DNA of 64,000 nt from an uncultured Candidatus Berkelbacteria bacterium (GTDB taxonomy: Bacteria; Patescibacteriota; UBA1384; UBA12157): positions 8,218-72,217 of the forward strand of contig CAIRFN010000009.1 of NCBI GenBank assembly GCA_903877885.1, given 5' to 3'. Numbering within the stretch: the stretch's first letter is position 1; the number at the start of each line of letters is the position of its first letter. A program made the translations under genes and the position numbers. Under the pieces are notes generated by a model. It saw only the letters and a program-made list of their open reading frames with translations. It made no database searches and was not told the origin of the DNA. Of this stretch, positions 1 through 9,937 are shown one piece after another.

Positions 1-1113
1 GGCTTTTAGCAATTCTTCTGTTATGGCTTGATGTTTCGAGTTTAAAAATCCAATCTTTTCAAGAAAAAGCTTAATATTTTCTTTGCCAATATGGATTTCA
101 AATAACTGACCATCCAAACGGTAATTTTTTTTGACTCCATTAACGGTTTCATATTCGAAGCCAAATCTTTCTGGACGACTGCGATCATAAATTTTGGATT
201 TAATTCCTAAATTAAGAAGTAATATTTGAACATCTTTCAAAAGATTAATAGATTTGGATGTCAAACGGATAGTGCGACTATTTTTATCTTTCTGCCAGCC
301 AATCGTACCATCAGCGCTAAACAAACCCTTTAAAAATCCAATAACAGCTGATTTAGGAGCGGTAAAAATACTCTTTGGAACTCTTTTTGTCGCGGCATGA
401 TCTGATGTAACGCCAAGTGATAAAAAGAAATCGACAAGATATTGGCTATGATAAGATAAATGGTAAACACTGTCAGATCGTTTTATCGGTGTAATTTTTT
501 TAAGATAAAACTCATTAAGAATTTTCTGCGCCCGCGTCATCATATTCTCATCTTCCGAGCTAAAGGTAATTCCTAAACGGCAATTTTTACCTTGAGAAAT
601 GAGCCAGCCATCGCCAACAATTAATCCAAGAATTTCACCTAGTTCTTCGGACCACTTGTCAGGCAAATTTAAAACATATTTTCGACCGTTTTTACCTGTA
701 AAAGCTTTTTTTACGTCAAACGGTAAATCAAGATTTTGATTAAAATAACCTTCTTCTGGCTGGAGATAGATGGAGTGCGATCCTGGTACGATATCACTCA
801 TTAAAACCCAACCTAAATTAGTGTAGAATTTATGATCAGCAGTCGCGGAGATTTCATAACCTGACTCGGTGGTTAATTTGTATACTTGTTTTTTACCAGT
901 TTTAAAGACTGCGGTAGTTTTATTTAGCGAAAGTTTATGCTTAGTTTTGCCCAAAACTGCGATTGGGCCGTTAAAATAGGAATCAGGCTTAATATTGCCA
1001 AAAACAACTTCATCGGTTAAAATTTTTATTTCATTTTTTGAATAATTTTCTGCCAAATCTTTAATTTGAATTAAGCCGTTTTCTGTTGAAACAAAAGTAT
1101 TTCCGGCCACGCA
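1..1113 (-). mobile_element. Intein (partial, C-terminal splice junction lies outside the window) with a LAGLIDADG homing endonuclease domain, inserted at the NPC/GE active-site motif of NrdJ.
   Basis: After ...EVESTNP the reading frame continues CVAGNTFVSTENGLIQIKDL... for more than 370 aa. It contains two LAGLIDADG-type blocks (LGLIVGDGWL and FLKGLFSADGTI). The insertion is at the RNR site classically occupied by inteins. Confidence 0.7.
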
Positions 1114-2033
1114 CGGGTTGGTCGATTCGACTTCGCCCAAATGTTGAACCGGGCTTAGACGATTTATTTCATCAATAAAGATAATTCCTGGTTCGCCATT
1201 TCGCCAGGCACCTGCGACAATTTTTTCAAAAATATCACGGGCTTTCAAAGTATTTGTCACCGATTTATCGGACGGGTCGATTAAATCAAAATCTGTATCG
1301 TCTTCGACCGCTTTCATAAATTTATCGGTTACAGCTACGGAAATATTAAAATTACTTAAAGCACCTTCAGTTTCTTTGTAGGTGATAAATTCTATAATAT
1401 CCGGATGATCAACTCTTAGCATGCCCATGTTAGCACCGCGGCGGCGTCCACCTTCTTTGATGATGTTACTGGTGTCGTTATACATTTGCATAAAGCCAAG
1501 CGGACCAGAGGCAACGCCGCCGGTTGAACCGACTGGACTGTGATTTGGTCGAAGTCTGGAAAAACTAAAACCAGTACCGCCGCCGGATTTATGAATCAAA
1601 CCCATATCCATTTGGGTCTTTAAAATTGATTTCATATTATCTTCAATTGGCAACACAAAACAAGCCGAAAGTTGGCCGGATTTAGTGCCAGCGCCCCAGA
1701 AAGTCGGACTGTTTGGTAAAAATTCCATTTTGCACATGGTCTGGTAGATTTTATCTTCAAAAGCCTTTACTTCTGTTCCGGTGGCGCCGTATTCCAAATC
1801 AACTTTGGCAATACTGGTGGCTACTCGATGAAACATTTGGGCTGGAGTTTCAAGAAAATTATGATCTTTGTCTTTTTGTAAATAACGCTTTTCGACAACG
1901 CGCAAAGCATTTTCAGTTAGTTCTGGTTCTAATTTTTCTATTTCGTTTTTGCTGGCTAGAATAGTTTTTGATTTTTGCGGTTTCGAAGAAATAGCAAGAG
2001 TTGCTTGCTTTGGAACATTTGTTTCGTCAGGCA
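1..2033 (-). CDS. nrdJ: Class II (adenosylcobalamin-dependent) ribonucleotide reductase NrdJ, 5' part; the gene runs off the window start. N-extein is 1114..2033 and is followed by an intein.
   Basis: Own translation of the minus strand from the ATG at 2033..2031 with an upstream AGGAGG. It reads MPDETNV...FLPNSPTFWGAGT...QLSACFVLPIEDNM...GRRRGANMGML...EVESTNP, then an intein beginning CVAGNTFV. These are typical NrdJ motifs. It is absent from the ORF track only because it is truncated by the window edge. Confidence 0.8.
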
Positions 2034-2138
2034 TTCATCCTCCTTGTGATGAGTGCAAATAACAAACATTAATATAGGAAGGGCATCCTACTAATGTTTA
2101 TTATTCGCGGTTAGGTTTGTTTATAAGACACTTCGGCG

Positions 2139-3368
2139 TTATTTTAATTTTCTTCTAATAAAGGCTGGGACTTCCAATTCGTCGTCCATATTGTCATCAA
2201 CTTGCGGCATTTGTTCAGGCATACTTGGCATAGCAGTGGCTGGTCTTGATGGCGACATTGACGGTAGCCCACCAAAAGATGGTTTATTACCATATGATGG
2301 CATGCCGGTATATGATGGCGCAACGCCGTAACTGGAACGTTGGCTTGGCAAGCCGCCTAAACCAATGCCAGTCCCCATATTCATACCCAGACTTTTAGCT
2401 TTGCTTTCGCGAAAGCGATCCATTTCAAAACCAGTGGCAATCACAGTAATCTTGATTTCGCCAGACATGGCTTCGTCGATAATGGCACCAAAGATGATAT
2501 TAGCATCCGGATCAGCCGCTTCAGTAATAGCTTTAGCCGCTTCATCGATTTCGTACATACCCATATCTGGGCCACCAGTGATATTAAAAAGAATACCTTT
2601 GGCGCCGTCGATTGATAGTTCCAAAAGTGGTGAATCAATCGCTGCGCGCGCCGCTTCAATGGCTCGGTTGTCGCCTGAGGCGCGACCGATACCCATCAAA
2701 GCGGAACCAGCATCTTTCATGATGGTTCGAACATCGGCAAAGTCAACGTTAATAATTCCGTGCAAAGTAATCAAATCGGAAATACCTTGAACACCTTGAC
2801 GCAAAACATCATCAACAATACCAAAAGCATCGAATAATGAAGTTTTTTTATCAATGACTTGAAGTAAACGATCGTTTGGAATAGTGATCAAAGTATCAAC
2901 TTTATCACGAAGCTCTTCCACACCGATTTCTGCCATTTTCATCCGGCGATTACCTTCAAAAGAAAAAGGTTTGGTTACCACTGCCACAGTCAACGCACCA
3001 AGCTCTTTAGCAATCGAAGCTACCAACGGACCAGCACCAGTGCCAGTACCGCCGCCGGCGCCATAAGTCACAAAGACCATATCCGAACCTTTTAAGGCTT
3101 CGTAAATTTCATCTTTGTTTTCTTCGGCTGATTTGCGGCCTAACTCAATATCGCTCCCTGCGCCTAATCCACGAGTAGTTTCTTTGCCAATCTGAATTTT
3201 GATTGGTGCCTGGTTATGGACTAAGGCTTGGGCATCGGTGTTAATGGCAATAAATTCCACACCTTTTAATTTATAAGCAATCATACGATTGATCGCATTG
3301 CCGCCGGAACCACCACAGCCCACGACTCTAATTGTAGCAAATGTTTCGATTTCTGAACCTTTTTCCAT
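2139..3368 (-). CDS. ftsZ: Cell division GTPase FtsZ with a long low-complexity G/P/S/M-rich C-terminal tail.
   Basis: Tubulin signature [11 protein letters not shown]-terminal region [17 protein letters not shown]. Gene order ftsA-ftsZ. Confidence 0.95.
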   Translation of the reverse strand: MEKGSEIETFATIRVVGCGGSGGNAINRMIAYKLKGVEFIAINTDAQALVHNQAPIKIQIGKETTRGLGAGSDIELGRKSAEENKDEIYEALKGSDMVFVTYGAGGGTGTGAGPLVASIAKELGALTVAVVTKPFSFEGNRRMKMAEIGVEELRDKVDTLITIPNDRLLQVIDKKTSLFDAFGIVDDVLRQGVQGISDLITLHGIINVDFADVRTIMKDAGSALMGIGRASGDNRAIEAARAAIDSPLLELSIDGAKGILFNITGGPDMGMYEIDEAAKAITEAADPDANIIFGAIIDEAMSGEIKITVIATGFEMDRFRESKAKSLGMNMGTGIGLGGLPSQRSSYGVAPSYTGMPSYGNKPSFGGLPSMSPSRPATAMPSMPEQMPQVDDNMDDELEVPAFIRRKLK

Positions 3369-3393
3369 GTTATCCTTCTAATGTGTTTGTATA

Positions 3394-4638
3394 TTACGGT
3401 AAAAACTGTTTAAAAAAGCCTTTGGCTTTATCCAAAATATTACCTGGATCCAAGCCTCGACTGGTTTGGGTATTTTGATTTTCCAAGCTATGTAGAATTA
3501 AACCCGTACTTGTAGAATAAATAGCTGGATCGATTTTGTCAACAAGACCGGCCATTTCAAAGAGTGGCATACCAATTTGTGCCGGAAGTCTTAATTCTTC
3601 TTTCGCTAGCGTGACTAAATCTTCAAGATTTGAACCGCCGCCAGTGAAAATGATTCCTGCTGGTAACATACCATCTTTACCAATCTTGCGCAACTCTTCT
3701 CTAATCATTGCAAAAATTTCCATCAGACGGGCATGAATAATTTCGGCGACATATTTTCGTTCAACTTTTTGCGTATCTTGTGGATCAAAATCAGCTAAAT
3801 CAATCGTTTCATTTTCTGCCACGTTTTCTGGAATAGCCGAACCATAATTAAGCTTAATTTTTTCTGCCACTTCTAAAGATGTTCTAAGGCCAATGGCTAA
3901 ATCGTTGGTAATATTTATAGATCCAACTGGTAAAACAGCGCAATGCAATAAGTCGCCATTTTCAAACACAGCCAGACTGGTTGTGCCGCCACCAATATCT
4001 ACCACAGCCAAACCCAAATCTTTTTGTTTTTTGTTAGTTAAAACATGAGCCGCCGCAATTGGAGCGAAAACCATACCTTCAATTGCAATATTAACTTGTT
4101 GTAGACTTTTAACCAAATTTTTGATCGCACTAGATGCGCCACTAACAACCACGGCCTCGACTTCCAGCCGAATACCGCTCATACCAATCGGATCAGAAAT
4201 TCCTTCTTGACCATCAATAATAAAATATTTTGGTACAACGTGAATAATTTCTCTGTTTGGCGGCAAGGCCACAGTTTGAGCCGCTTCCATGACACGATTA
4301 ACATCTGATGCGCTAATCTCACCATCAGCGCGACTAACAGCCACAACACCTTTGCTTAAGGTGGACATAATATGAGATCCGCCAATACTAATATTGGCGC
4401 TTTGAATTGGCATTCCAGAAATTCGCTCCGCTTCTTCTAAAGCCGAGGTAAGTGCAGAGATCGTATCTTCAGTATCTGTAATAATGCCTTTGCGCATACC
4501 AGCGTTTGGCACGCGACTAAAGCCGATAATATTAATTAAACCTTCATCAACACGACCAACAGTTACAGCCACTTTAGTCGTGCCAATATCAATCCCAACG
4601 AGCGTGTTGTCCTTTGACATATTAACTATTCCCTCCAC
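3394..4638 (-). CDS. ftsA: Cell division protein FtsA (actin-like ATPase).
   Basis: VGIDIGTTKVAVTVG actin-fold phosphate-1 motif. DIGGGTT motif. Immediately upstream of ftsZ. Confidence 0.9.
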   Translation of the reverse strand: MEGIVNMSKDNTLVGIDIGTTKVAVTVGRVDEGLINIIGFSRVPNAGMRKGIITDTEDTISALTSALEEAERISGMPIQSANISIGGSHIMSTLSKGVVAVSRADGEISASDVNRVMEAAQTVALPPNREIIHVVPKYFIIDGQEGISDPIGMSGIRLEVEAVVVSGASSAIKNLVKSLQQVNIAIEGMVFAPIAAAHVLTNKKQKDLGLAVVDIGGGTTSLAVFENGDLLHCAVLPVGSINITNDLAIGLRTSLEVAEKIKLNYGSAIPENVAENETIDLADFDPQDTQKVERKYVAEIIHARLMEIFAMIREELRKIGKDGMLPAGIIFTGGGSNLEDLVTLAKEELRLPAQIGMPLFEMAGLVDKIDPAIYSTSTGLILHSLENQNTQTSRGLDPGNILDKAKGFFKQFLP

Positions 4639-4712
4639 AGTAAATTAGTCTCTACTAAAAATTTCCCCCGCCAATATATTAATAATACCAAAAAAATTGG
4701 AAAAAACCAAAA

Positions 4713-5072
4713 TTAGTCGCCAGGATGATGAATTCCAATCAAGTGAAGAACTGAATGTTCGATTAATTTCAAAATTGGATCCTTGGCCATTTCCGGACAA
4801 AGAATAATATCGCCGAGAAGAATCGGTGCATTCGTATCGGATTCAATTTTGTCATGAATTGGAAAACTTAAAACATCGGTTGGTTTATCTATATCTCGGT
4901 ATTCTTCATTTAAAGCATGGATTTCCTCAACATCAACGATTTTAAGATCCACTTCAAAAATGCCCTCAAGATTATTTTCCTTAAGGACTTTTAAAATCGC
5001 TTCTTCAGCGTCAATAGCAGAAAAAGCGAAATTAATGGTATCATCAATATTTAAGTTAACTTTAAGACTCAT
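4713..5072 (-). CDS. ybeY: rRNA maturation endoribonuclease YbeY.
   Basis: TDVLSFP motif and the zinc-binding motif HSVLHLIGIHH (H..LHL.G..H). Overlaps yqeY by 4 nt. Confidence 0.8.
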   Translation of the reverse strand: MSLKVNLNIDDTINFAFSAIDAEEAILKVLKENNLEGIFEVDLKIVDVEEIHALNEEYRDIDKPTDVLSFPIHDKIESDTNAPILLGDIILCPEMAKDPILKLIEHSVLHLIGIHHPGD

Positions 5073-5512
5073 TTAGACAATTCTTCCTTGACGATTTGGC
5101 TAACTTTTGATGGATCAGCTTTGCCTTTTGTTTCTGGCATGATTTTACCCATCACTTTACCCATATCTTGCATGCCAGTTGCGCCAGTTTCAGCAATCGC
5201 CTTAACGATGATTGCTTCAATATCTTCATCACTCATCTGTTCTGGTAAATAGGCCATTAAAATAGCAATTTCCGCTTCTTCCTTTTGAGCTAATTCCTCG
5301 CGGCCGCCTTGTTTATAAAGTTCAACCGAATCCTTGCGCGATTTAATTTGGCTTTGAATCACGCCTAAAATATCTGATTCATCCAAATCTTTCATTTTCT
5401 GGATTTCAGAGTTTTTAATTGCGCTTTTTAACATTCGTAAAACCGTCAACGCATTTTCATTGTGCGATTTCATCGCTTCGATAATGTCTTTGTCGATTTT
5501 TTCTTTAATCAT
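5069..5512 (-). CDS. yqeY: GatB/YqeY domain protein.
   Basis: N-terminal IKEKIDKDIIEAMKSHNENALTVLRMLKSAIKN is typical of the YqeY family. Lies in an rpsU-yqeY-ybeY arrangement. Confidence 0.65.
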   Translation of the reverse strand: MIKEKIDKDIIEAMKSHNENALTVLRMLKSAIKNSEIQKMKDLDESDILGVIQSQIKSRKDSVELYKQGGREELAQKEEAEIAILMAYLPEQMSDEDIEAIIVKAIAETGATGMQDMGKVMGKIMPETKGKADPSKVSQIVKEELSK

Positions 5513-5520
5513 TTTTTTCC

Positions 5521-5745
5521 TTAATAACCTCGCTTAATGCGACGAATTTCGGTTTTGCGACGAGCGGCAACGCGACGCTTTTCGCGAGAAATTTCCTTAT
5601 CACGGAATCGGCGTTTTTTAATTTCGGTCAAAATACCTGATTGTTGAACATCACGAAAAAAGCGGCGTAAAGTCACTTCAAAATTTTCGCTTCGTTCTGG
5701 CCGTTGGCGATCAGATCTTTCTGACGATCGATTTTGTTCTTCCAA
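5521..5745 (-). CDS. rpsU: 30S ribosomal protein S21.
   Basis: 74 aa, very basic. LRRFFRDVQQSGILTEIKKRRFRDK... matches the S21 pattern. Confidence 0.85.
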   Translation of the reverse strand: MEEQNRSSERSDRQRPERSENFEVTLRRFFRDVQQSGILTEIKKRRFRDKEISREKRRVAARRKTEIRRIKRGY

Positions 5746-5887
5746 GAGAAATCACCTACCTTCCGTTATTTGATATATCAATTGTACCAAAAAACATGTT
5801 AAAAGTCAATTTAAAATTGTTATTAAATGTCATCCCAGACAGGTTGGTAAACCTGATCTGGGATCCAGGATAAATACTAATATTCTA

Positions 5888-5926
5888 GATTCCAGATCCT
5901 GCTTCCAGCCGGTCTGGAATGACAAA
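5888..5926 (+). repeat. First copy of the about 40-bp TTCCAGA...TCTGGAA element, embedded in a hairpin-rich intergenic region.
   Basis: gattccagatcctgcttccagccggtctggaatgacaaa. Adjacent IR cccagacagg-ttggtaaa-cctgatctggg. Confidence 0.55.
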
Positions 5927-5937
5927 GAAACGATTTT

Positions 5938-6282
5938 TTAATCAGTCATCTCACCCAATGGCTCGCCGCCCATCAAATGCAAATGAATATGGTTAACAAC
6001 TTGGCCGGAATGTTTGCCCACATTAAAAACCAGTCTGTAACCATCTTCAGAGATTCCTTTTTTTTCAGCCAAAAGTTTAGCCACCATCACCATTTTGCCA
6101 ATCAATGGTGAATCAATATCTTGAAGGTCGGTAATCGAAGGAATATGTTTTTTGGGTACTATTAGAATATGAACTTCAACTTTTGGTTCAATATCCCAAA
6201 AAGCCATAATTTCTTCATCTTCGTATTCGATATTGGCTGGTGTTTCCTTGGCTACGATCGAGCAAAAAATGCAATCTTCCAA
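5938..6282 (-). CDS. HIT-family (histidine triad) nucleotide hydrolase.
   Basis: C-terminal NHIHLHLMGG histidine triad motif. N-terminal CIFC zinc-binding motif. Confidence 0.85.
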   Translation of the reverse strand: MEDCIFCSIVAKETPANIEYEDEEIMAFWDIEPKVEVHILIVPKKHIPSITDLQDIDSPLIGKMVMVAKLLAEKKGISEDGYRLVFNVGKHSGQVVNHIHLHLMGGEPLGEMTD

Positions 6283-6399
6283 AACTCCTCTTTCTATTTA
6301 TTAATAGATTTTGCCCTCCGAAATCCGCACTATAAGAACAGGATGGAATCCGTTTTATAGTAAGGATTATAGGATGGGCTGATATTCAAATTTATAAAA

Positions 6400-6822
6400 T
6401 TATTTTTCATGTTCTATTAAATATGTTCGCCAATTGGCTTTAACCCATTTTTTTTCGGACCTTAGCAAATCTGCCAATCCTCTGTCAATTAATTCATGAT
6501 TAACAACCCCGCCTTGGTGTGGCTTAGCAAATTTTTGTTCATGCGGACTACAAAATCCTTGGGCGTAATGAGTTAATTCATGAGCCAAAACTGCATCAAC
6601 AACTGACTCTGGAATCATTTCATCCTTAAAATAACCATTGATGGTAATAATTGTGTTTGGATCTTCGGTTTTGCGACCAAATTTGATTGAACCTAATCTT
6701 GTTCGACACGGCCGACCGAATTTCACAAAAACATTATTTGCCACCATAATATCGGGAAAATGCTTAGCCCAGATGGTTTCTAATCTAAATTTTAACCAAT
6801 TGTGATCTCTTTGTATTTGCAT
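6400..6822 (-). CDS. HExxH zinc metallohydrolase, YgjP/DUF45-like or SprT-like.
   Basis: CRTRLGSIKF...VVDAVLAHELTHYAQGF with an HELTH zinc-binding motif. Confidence 0.5.
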   Translation of the reverse strand: MQIQRDHNWLKFRLETIWAKHFPDIMVANNVFVKFGRPCRTRLGSIKFGRKTEDPNTIITINGYFKDEMIPESVVDAVLAHELTHYAQGFCSPHEQKFAKPHQGGVVNHELIDRGLADLLRSEKKWVKANWRTYLIEHEK

Positions 6823-6885
6823 AGTTAAAGTATATCAGAATGAAAAAAAATTACAAAAAACCCGCTAATTAAAGCGGGAGTGAGA

Positions 6886-7545
6886 TCAAGGAATTACATA
6901 GACAATGGAATCAGTCGGCGACCAAGGATGATACCAATCAGCATCCTTATAATACAGTCGGCAGCAACCGTGACTTGAAGGATGTTTGCGCATTTCAGTT
7001 GAGCCATGAAGCGCAACGCAACCATTAAAATAAACCGGATTATACATTGAGCCACCCCAGGGTCTGCCGGTAACTTTATGTTTGCTTTTGATTTTTTTGT
7101 AAACACGGAAGATACCAGGCGGGGTAGAATATCCTTTGCGGCCAGTACAAGTGGCAAAATCGCGAACCATTTTCAAACCTTCAAAAGCGAAAACGCGTTG
7201 CTTGGCTAAACTTACTAGAGTAATTTTTTGATCAATTTTCCAGGTAATATCACCAATAGTTAATGAATTATCGGTTTTGATAATATCCAATTTCAATTTT
7301 TTAGCAATTAATCTAGCAGGAATGAAAGCGATGGTTTTTTTGTGATTTTCGTCTTTTAGTTTAATAGCATTAAATTCCAAAAACAAACTTGGGTTACAGC
7401 TTAAACCTTTGGCAATTTCGTTGCCATTTACATAGGTCGTGCCGTTTATTTCAAACGGCGGGTAGTCGAATTTTTCAAAGTGCTGATCAGCCATGGCGGC
7501 TAGCGATAATAAAATCACTAGTAAACAGAAATACAAGCGGCTCAT
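6886..7545 (-). CDS. L,D-transpeptidase (YkuD family), secreted.
   Basis: Signal peptide. Catalytic motif HGSTEMRKHPSSHGCCRL (SHGC[IC]R). Confidence 0.75.
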   Translation of the reverse strand: MSRLYFCLLVILLSLAAMADQHFEKFDYPPFEINGTTYVNGNEIAKGLSCNPSLFLEFNAIKLKDENHKKTIAFIPARLIAKKLKLDIIKTDNSLTIGDITWKIDQKITLVSLAKQRVFAFEGLKMVRDFATCTGRKGYSTPPGIFRVYKKIKSKHKVTGRPWGGSMYNPVYFNGCVALHGSTEMRKHPSSHGCCRLYYKDADWYHPWSPTDSIVYVIP

Positions 7546-7618
7546 CTGAATTCCTCCTTGCAGATTGACTGGATACCAAAAATTATACCAGATTCAAATC
7601 AGTTATTCAAGAGTTCGA

Positions 7619-8959
7619 TTAGCGTAATTTTTCGGAAGATGCAAAAATCCGGCTAAAAATGGACTCAAATTCAGTTTGATCGGTGACGATTTTTGGTTGG
7701 CAGGCATTATAAATATGAACCGGTACTAGCTCGATTCCAGTGATTTTACCAAGAGTAAGAGTGAAATTTGCCACCAATCCTTGTTCAGTTTCCGTTGACC
7801 AAGGTTGATCAAAAATAAAATTTCCTAAGGAGTAATCGATAAATTTACCCTTATAAAACTCCAGTCCTTGAACTACATGCGGATGATGGCCAATAACCAA
7901 ATCAGCGCCATTATCGATCGCTGTATGAGCAAATTCAATTTGTTTATCGTTAGCATATGGTGTGTATTCGTAACCAGCGTGCATGGAAACAATCACCAAA
8001 TCCGCTTGCTTTTTTGCCTTGGCTAAATCAGTCTTTAAATCATTTAAATCCATCGCATTTGTACCAGCCCGTTGAACGGATGCTAAGTAAGAATCGGGCG
8101 TAACGCTAGTATCGGCGTAGCCTAAAAAAGCGATTTTAAGTCCATTTATTTCTTTAATTAATGGTTTGTGTGATTCAATGCTATTTTTGCCAGCGCCAAA
8201 ATAATCAATTTTGTTTTGATTTAAAAAATCAAAAGTTGTCATCATACCGGTTTGACCCTGATTACCAAAATGATTATTAGCTAAATTTAAAGCATCGAAA
8301 CCAGCGGCAATCAAACCTTGAATAGAAGTTTTTTCCGCGCCAAAAATCATTGGTTGAACCAAAGAATTACCTTCTCTAAACGGTGATTCTAAATTACCAA
8401 AAGTAAAATCGGCATTTTTAGTTAAGTCTAAAGTCTGCTCAAAAGGGTAAATCCGGCTAGTCTTGTCCATTTTCGTATCCACATCGCGGCTTAACATTAT
8501 ATCGCCGACGGTCGTGAGCTTAATACTTTTTGGCTTATTTTGGACAAATGACGTTTTTAAATAATCCATTAATTTTTGTGAATTTGCGGTCGAATCAGAT
8601 GCCAAATATAGAATTAAATCGGAATCAGGAATTTCTCCTTGAAAAAATTTACCTAAACCAATCGGCATTAAATCCAGGTTTTGTGCATAGATAATATCGC
8701 TTTGCCAATCTGTTGGCCAGTCATTATCAAATGTTGTAATTTTAATGTTCGCATTATCATCAAAACTAATATTTTGATCAAAATTCTCTAATCGATTTTT
8801 GATTTCAGATTTAACTTCAGCTTGGACTTCAATTTTAACTGGTGTAATTGTATCGGCTTGAAGTTTAGCTTTGACTTTGGCGAAATAAATTACCAAGGAT
8901 AAGCTAACTAATAAAATCAAACTAATTGTAATAATTATTTTTTTCATTAATTTAATCAT
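7619..8959 (-). CDS. CapA/PGA_cap family metallophosphatase (poly-gamma-glutamate capsule biosynthesis-like). The start was chosen at an internal Met; the track ORF extends to 8983.
   Basis: DLVIVSMHAGYEYTPYANDKQIEFAHTAIDNGADLVIGHHPHVVQG...DYSLGNFIFDQ. N-terminal TM segment. Confidence 0.7.
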   Translation of the reverse strand: MIKLMKKIIITISLILLVSLSLVIYFAKVKAKLQADTITPVKIEVQAEVKSEIKNRLENFDQNISFDDNANIKITTFDNDWPTDWQSDIIYAQNLDLMPIGLGKFFQGEIPDSDLILYLASDSTANSQKLMDYLKTSFVQNKPKSIKLTTVGDIMLSRDVDTKMDKTSRIYPFEQTLDLTKNADFTFGNLESPFREGNSLVQPMIFGAEKTSIQGLIAAGFDALNLANNHFGNQGQTGMMTTFDFLNQNKIDYFGAGKNSIESHKPLIKEINGLKIAFLGYADTSVTPDSYLASVQRAGTNAMDLNDLKTDLAKAKKQADLVIVSMHAGYEYTPYANDKQIEFAHTAIDNGADLVIGHHPHVVQGLEFYKGKFIDYSLGNFIFDQPWSTETEQGLVANFTLTLGKITGIELVPVHIYNACQPKIVTDQTEFESIFSRIFASSEKLR

Positions 8960-8968
8960 ACACCACCC

Positions 8969-8997
8969 TTGACAAAACTGCATAGATCTGGTATTAT
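8969..8997 (+). promoter_or_regulatory. Sigma70-like promoter TTGACA-17-TATTAT for the downstream transglycosylase gene.
   Basis: Consensus -35 and -10 hexamers with 17-nt spacing in the divergent intergenic region. Confidence 0.5.
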
Positions 8998-9096
8998 CTA
9001 ACCTTACTTCTGGTAACCCCAGAAGTTTTTTAAATCTTGAATTAGTCCTTCTGGCTCGCTAATATTGGGTGCGGAAAAGATTAAGCCAAGAAAGAA

Positions 9097-9852
9097 TTGG
9101 TTAACATGATATTTTTAAAAAGCGTGAATCTTGTAGTTATTAGCTTTAAAAAATGGTTTCAACTAAAATTAAATAAATTTGTTTTCAATCTACCAAAGAT
9201 TACTCAACTAGCTACGGCTGGGAAAATGGTAACTCTTTTGATTGTGTTCTCGATCTCTCCAATAGGTTCAATCAAACCTGATTTTACCATCAATTTACCA
9301 AAACACGAAACTTATGAAACAAGACTTGTTTTTGATCAAAACAATGTTTTTGTGTTAGCTGAAAATAAACCAGAAATAATTATTGAACCTGGTGTATCAA
9401 ATTACACTATTAGTCAAAAACCAACGATTGCCACGAGTACTGCAGTTTTATATCCTGATGCTCACGCTCACACTGATCCGGCCGAATTTAGACCGATTTA
9501 TATGGCTGCGGCTAAACAATTTAATATTCCCTGGCAGTTAATCGAAGCTGTCCACTAAGTTGAATCCGGTAAATCTGGTTCAACTAATACTCGTTCCTAT
9601 GCTGGTGCCACCGGACCAATGCAATTTATGCCAGGGACTTGGCGCACTTATGCTATCGACGGTGATGGCGATGGAGTGGCTGACATTACTAATGTCACAG
9701 ACGCAATTTATACAGCGGCTAATTATTTAGCTAAATCCGGTGCCGACGAAGGCCGTTACGACGATGCCATTTTTAACTATAACCATTCCCAAAGTTATGT
9801 GAATTTAGTTAAAGGTATCGCCTGTGAAATTGGTTTGAACCCGAGCGCTTAA
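9097..9852 (+). pseudogene. Lytic transglycosylase (SLT domain) interrupted by one in-frame TAA at 9556-9558. The two track ORFs 9097..9558 and 9619..9852 are in the same frame.
   Basis: ...NIPWQLIEAVH*VESGKSGSTNTRSYAGATGPMQFMPGTW...AIFNYNHSQSYV shows SLT motifs (ES...GAxGxMQ, AYN-like). The stop sits two codons before the catalytic-Glu-containing VESG. The interrupting codon is TAA. Confidence 0.6.
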
Positions 9853-9937
9853 TAACCCTTATACCTTGACATTTTGGTTGAACTATGATATACTTACCGG
9901 TTCTTCCAAAACGGGAGAACTTTTTTAAAGGATAAAA

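Noticed and set aside
2365-3066. Track ORFs 2365..2790 (+), 2441..2659 (-), 2884..3066 (+) inside ftsZ; similar antisense or out-of-frame ORFs inside ftsA, clpC, mreB, murA, rel, por, gpmI, dus and other genes.
   Set aside because: All are embedded in or antisense to well-supported conserved genes. They have low-complexity translations and no RBS. They are treated as spurious.
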